Part shown: piece by piece, positions 60,784 through 64,000 of the stretch
Layout of the letters: each line of letters starts with the position of its first letter
Position numbering within the stretch: position 1 is the stretch's first letter
Assembly: GCA_965218975.1 (NCBI GenBank)
Contig: OZ244717.1
Coordinates: 338,347-402,346 of the forward strand
DNA: 64,000 nucleotides
Source: Candidatus Oxydemutatoraceae bacterium
Lineage (GTDB): Bacteria; Pseudomonadota; Gammaproteobacteria; Poriferisulfidales; Oxydemutatoraceae
Direction of reading: 5' to 3'
Notes under the pieces: generated by a model
Told to the model about the DNA's origin: nothing
The model's input: only the letters and a program-made list of their open reading frames with translations
Database searches by the model: none
Position numbers and translations under genes: made by a program

Positions 60784-62084
60784 TGTCGCAAGATGAAACG
60801 CGCAGTGTCTATATCGTTGACGGCACTCGAACCCCGATACGAAAATTCCGCGGCAAACCGGGGGGTCTGACTGCGACAAACCTTGCGGTTTCAGCCGGTA
60901 ATGCATTATTGATTCGTCAAACTTTTGACATGAATGCGATTGATGAAGTAATTCTCGGGTGTGTGATGCCTTTACCTAAGGAGGCGAATATTGCCAGAGT
61001 CGCGGCATTGCGGCTGGGTTTGCCGGTGCATATTCCGGCATGGACGGTACAACGTAATTGCGCTTCGGGAATGCAAGCTTTAGATAGCGCAGCGGCTCGC
61101 ATCACACTCGGAGCATCGAATATCGTGCTTGCCGGCGGGGTGGAAGCGATGAGCCATGCGCCGTTGTTATTTGATTCTATGGCAGTGGCTTGGCTAGGGG
61201 AATGGCGCAACGCCCGCTCCGTTCGGCAGAAAATTCGGGCTCTTACTAAACTGCGCTTGCGATATTTCAAACCGGTTGTTTCATTATTGCGCGGACTCAC
61301 CGATCCTACGGTTAATTTGTCGATGGGGCAAACTGCAGAAAACATTGTGCACCGCTTTGGCATCACTCGCGAAGCGATGGACTTGTTTGCGTACGAGAGT
61401 CATAGTCGTTTGGCACGTGCTCAGGATGAAGATGTGTTTAGTGAGGAAATCAGTCCGATCTATGATGATCAAGGGAATGTGTTTATACATGATGATGGTT
61501 TGCGTCGTGATACCGATGCGGAAAAGTTATCTGCGTTACCGGCAGTGTTTGATCGTCGATTCGGTAACGTTACCGCCGGCAATAGCGCACAAATTAGCGA
61601 CGGTGCCGCTTGGTTAATCTTAGCTTCGCATGAAGCAGTGCGCAAGCATCGTCTGCCGGTGTTGGGGAAATTGTGCGCGACTCGTTGGGCGGGATTAGAT
61701 CCGGCACAGATGGGTTTGGGGCCGGCTTTTGCCGTTGCGGCATTATTGTGCGAACGGAAACTTTCACTGCAGGAAATTGACTACTGGGAGATTAATGAAG
61801 CATTTGCGGGGCAGGTGCTTGCCTGTCTTGCCGCTTGGGAAGACGAACGCTTTTGCTGCGAGCAGCTGCGGCTAACCTGCGCGCTAGGGCGATTGAATCG
61901 CACCCGCTTGAATGTTGACGGAGGAGCAATTGCCTGCGGTCATCCGGTGGGCATGAGCGGAGCGCGAATCGTTCTGCATCTACTGCATGTATTGCGTAGA
62001 AATCAGGTAAGGCAAGGCATTGCGACAATGTGCATCGGTGGCGGACAAGGCGGTGCAATGCTAATTGAGCAACCAAATGATTGA
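60783..62084 (+). CDS. fadI: 3-ketoacyl-CoA thiolase FadI
   Basis: 433 aa. Thiolase motifs 'VQRNCASGMQAL' (active Cys), 'NVTAGNSAQISDGAA' and 'NVDGGAIACGHPVGMSGAR'. The fadE-fadI-fadJ context supports the call. Confidence 0.9.
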   Translation: MSQDETRSVYIVDGTRTPIRKFRGKPGGLTATNLAVSAGNALLIRQTFDMNAIDEVILGCVMPLPKEANIARVAALRLGLPVHIPAWTVQRNCASGMQALDSAAARITLGASNIVLAGGVEAMSHAPLLFDSMAVAWLGEWRNARSVRQKIRALTKLRLRYFKPVVSLLRGLTDPTVNLSMGQTAENIVHRFGITREAMDLFAYESHSRLARAQDEDVFSEEISPIYDDQGNVFIHDDGLRRDTDAEKLSALPAVFDRRFGNVTAGNSAQISDGAAWLILASHEAVRKHRLPVLGKLCATRWAGLDPAQMGLGPAFAVAALLCERKLSLQEIDYWEINEAFAGQVLACLAAWEDERFCCEQLRLTCALGRLNRTRLNVDGGAIACGHPVGMSGARIVLHLLHVLRRNQVRQGIATMCIGGGQGGAMLIEQPND

Positions 62085-64000
62085 GCATGGTCGACAAAGT
62101 CATCGCCATTGGTCGCTTAATTACAATGCGGACGGGATCGGTCGTTTAACTTTGGATTATGCCGATGGCGCGGTAAATGTATTAAATGCCGCAGTGTTGG
62201 AAGAATTAGAAGCGGCATTAACGGACATTATGCAATCTGCTCCTCACGGCCTGATTATTGCGTCGGCAAAGCTTCGGGGATTTCTTGCCGGCGCCGATAT
62301 CGCCGAATTTATTAAATTGGAAAGTCGCCGGCAGGCGTTGGAAAAATTGCGTTACGGACAAGTATTATTTGAACGTATTACACAGCTGAAATGTCCGTCG
62401 GTCGCGATAATTCACGGTTATTGCCTCGGCGGCGGGTTGGAATTGGCGCTTGCTTGTGATTGGCGTGTTGCCGAAGATGCGTCGTCATGCCGTCTCGGCT
62501 TTCCCGAAGTGCGTTTGGGAATCCATCCGGGTTACGGCGGCACTGTTCGCTTACCGGAGTTAGTCGGTGATTTGCCGGCGATGTCTTTAATGTTGCGCGG
62601 ATGCCTAGTCCCTGCACGGCAGGCGCAAGCAATGGGGCTTGTTGACTATGTCGAACCGTTTAGACAATTGGATACTGCCGCAAATCAGCTTGCGGTCAAA
62701 ATATCGCAACGAAAGAAGCCCCGATTTCATGCAATCACACGGCTTTTTCCGGTGCGTCAGACGCTTGCAAAGATTATGCGTCATCAAATCGGGCGGCATG
62801 TACGCCGCGATCATTACCCGGCGCCATATCAGTTGATTAAGCATTGGCAAAGCGCACCTAAAAAAAGAGCGCTGCAACTTGAAGCGGAAGCGCAATCGGT
62901 CGCAACATTGTTTTTATCTCAAACCGCAAGAAATCTTGTACGAGTATTCTTTTTGCGTGAACAGCTTAAAGAGCAAGGAAAGAAACGCACGTTCGAGGCG
63001 CGTCATGTGCATGTGATCGGTGCCGGTGTTATGGGTGGCGACATCGCCGCATGGTGTGCGCTACAGGGGCTTAGGGTTACATTACAAGATCGTGAACCGC
63101 GATTGATTGCCCCGGCAATTGCTCGTGCATACGGCCTATTTCAAAAGAAACTCAAACAGCCGCATCGGCGAATTGCCGCTCGCGACCGTTTGATACCGGA
63201 CCCGAATGCGTGCGGACTTCGGCAAGCGGATGTGATTATTGAAGCGGTATCTGAAAATCTTGAGATTAAACGTGAGATTTTTGCCGCAATTGAACCGCAA
63301 ATTAAAGCGGATGCGATATTAGCGACGAACACTTCAAGTATACCGCTAAAACAGCTGGCGCAAGGGTTGAATCATCCCGAACGTATAGTGGGCTTACACT
63401 TCTTTAATCCGGTCGCTAAAATGGAATTGGTTGAAGTAGTGTACGATACGGCAACCGCTTCCACGCTTGTCGAACAAGCAGCGGCATTTGTTTCGGCAAT
63501 TCGTCGGCTGCCGTTATCGGTGCGGTCGGCGCCGGGGTTCGTCATCAATCGTATTCTGATGCCCTATCTGTCGGAAGCGATTTTATTGGTCGAAGAAGGT
63601 GTGCCGCCAGCTGCAATTGATCATGCGGCTGAGAGTTTCGGGATGCCGATGGGCCCAATTGCCTTAGCAGATACTGTCGGTTTGGATGTGTGTTTGTCGG
63701 TTGCGCAAGTGCTCGGGCAGGCATTTGATCGAATCATACCGGATTCTTTGATACGGCATGTAAACGCACAACGCTTAGGACGCAAAACCGGTCGCGGCTT
63801 TTATGTTTGGAAGAACGGCAAACCGAAACGTGCTCGTTTGCGGCGTTCGCGTCGGTTCGAATTTGATGTCACCGAGCGATTGACAATGACGTTGCTGAAG
63901 GAGTCTATGGCATGTTTAAGCGAGCGGTTAGTCGCTTCATCCGATTTGCTTGACGCCGGTATGATTTTCGGCACCGGTTTTGCGCCGTTTCGCGGCGGGC
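62069..64000 (+). CDS. fadJ: Fatty acid oxidation complex alpha subunit FadJ (enoyl-CoA hydratase/3-hydroxyacyl-CoA dehydrogenase), 3'-truncated by the window end
   Basis: The ATG at 62069 overlaps the fadI stop, and the frame stays open to the window end. Crotonase motif 'IIHGYCLGGGLELALACDWRVA', 'GFPEVRLGIHPGYGGTVRLPELVG', and an NAD-binding 'IGAGVMGGDIAAW' follow. Confidence 0.9.

Overview
This window looks like a gammaproteobacterial chromosome: the yaaA, mpl, fadE-fadI-fadJ and fpr products resemble their E. coli counterparts, and there is a type IV minor-pilin operon. It holds a large accessory/defense region lying between core genes.

(1) 1-16000: a type I-G (I-U) CRISPR-Cas locus. It opens with a window-truncated csb2-like RAMP paralog. 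This is followed by cas3 (helicase N-terminal, HD C-terminal), a 306-aa gene of unknown family in the large-subunit slot, cas7/csb1-like, an oversized (741-aa) cas5-cas6/csb2-like gene, the cas4-cas1 fusion and cas2. The array has ~73 repeats of 36 bp and ~5.2 kb, and contains internal duplicated spacer blocks and a pair of near-identical spacers.

(2) 16011-26130: two IS1595-family transposase genes, one reduced to a 3' remnant. Each sits immediately upstream of a different DNA methyltransferase gene (0-4 nt stop-to-start). Between these two MTase-tnpA units is a six-to-seven-gene operon. It encodes a PP-loop PAPS-reductase-like protein, a cysteine desulfurase, a MORC-like GHKL ATPase and three or four unknowns. 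This is a Dnd/Ssp-like but non-canonical candidate sulfur-modification/defense system, and the best candidate for something undescribed.

(3) A dispersed composite repeat family (GGATTGTCGG-type head repeats, tandem ~98-bp two-hairpin units, a conserved tail) occurs at four loci and delimits accessory modules.

(4) A candidate type II R-M pair, tandem Sel1-repeat paralogs with a conserved 3' element, an RND efflux pair, fpr, and a fimT-pilV-pilW-pilX-pilE-like minor pilin operon.

(5) A type III-like R-M system whose res and mod genes are separated by 2.6 kb. The insert carries a DUF488-fusion gene, a frameshifted duplicate of the Res C-terminal PD-(D/E)xK domain and a frameshifted ClpP/SDH-like protease.

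(6) A GlyGly-CTERM secreted protein built from five near-identical 363-bp repeats, then core genes yaaA, mpl (frameshifted), fadE, fadI and 5' fadJ.

All calls are from reading the sequence and ORF translations. No database search was possible.
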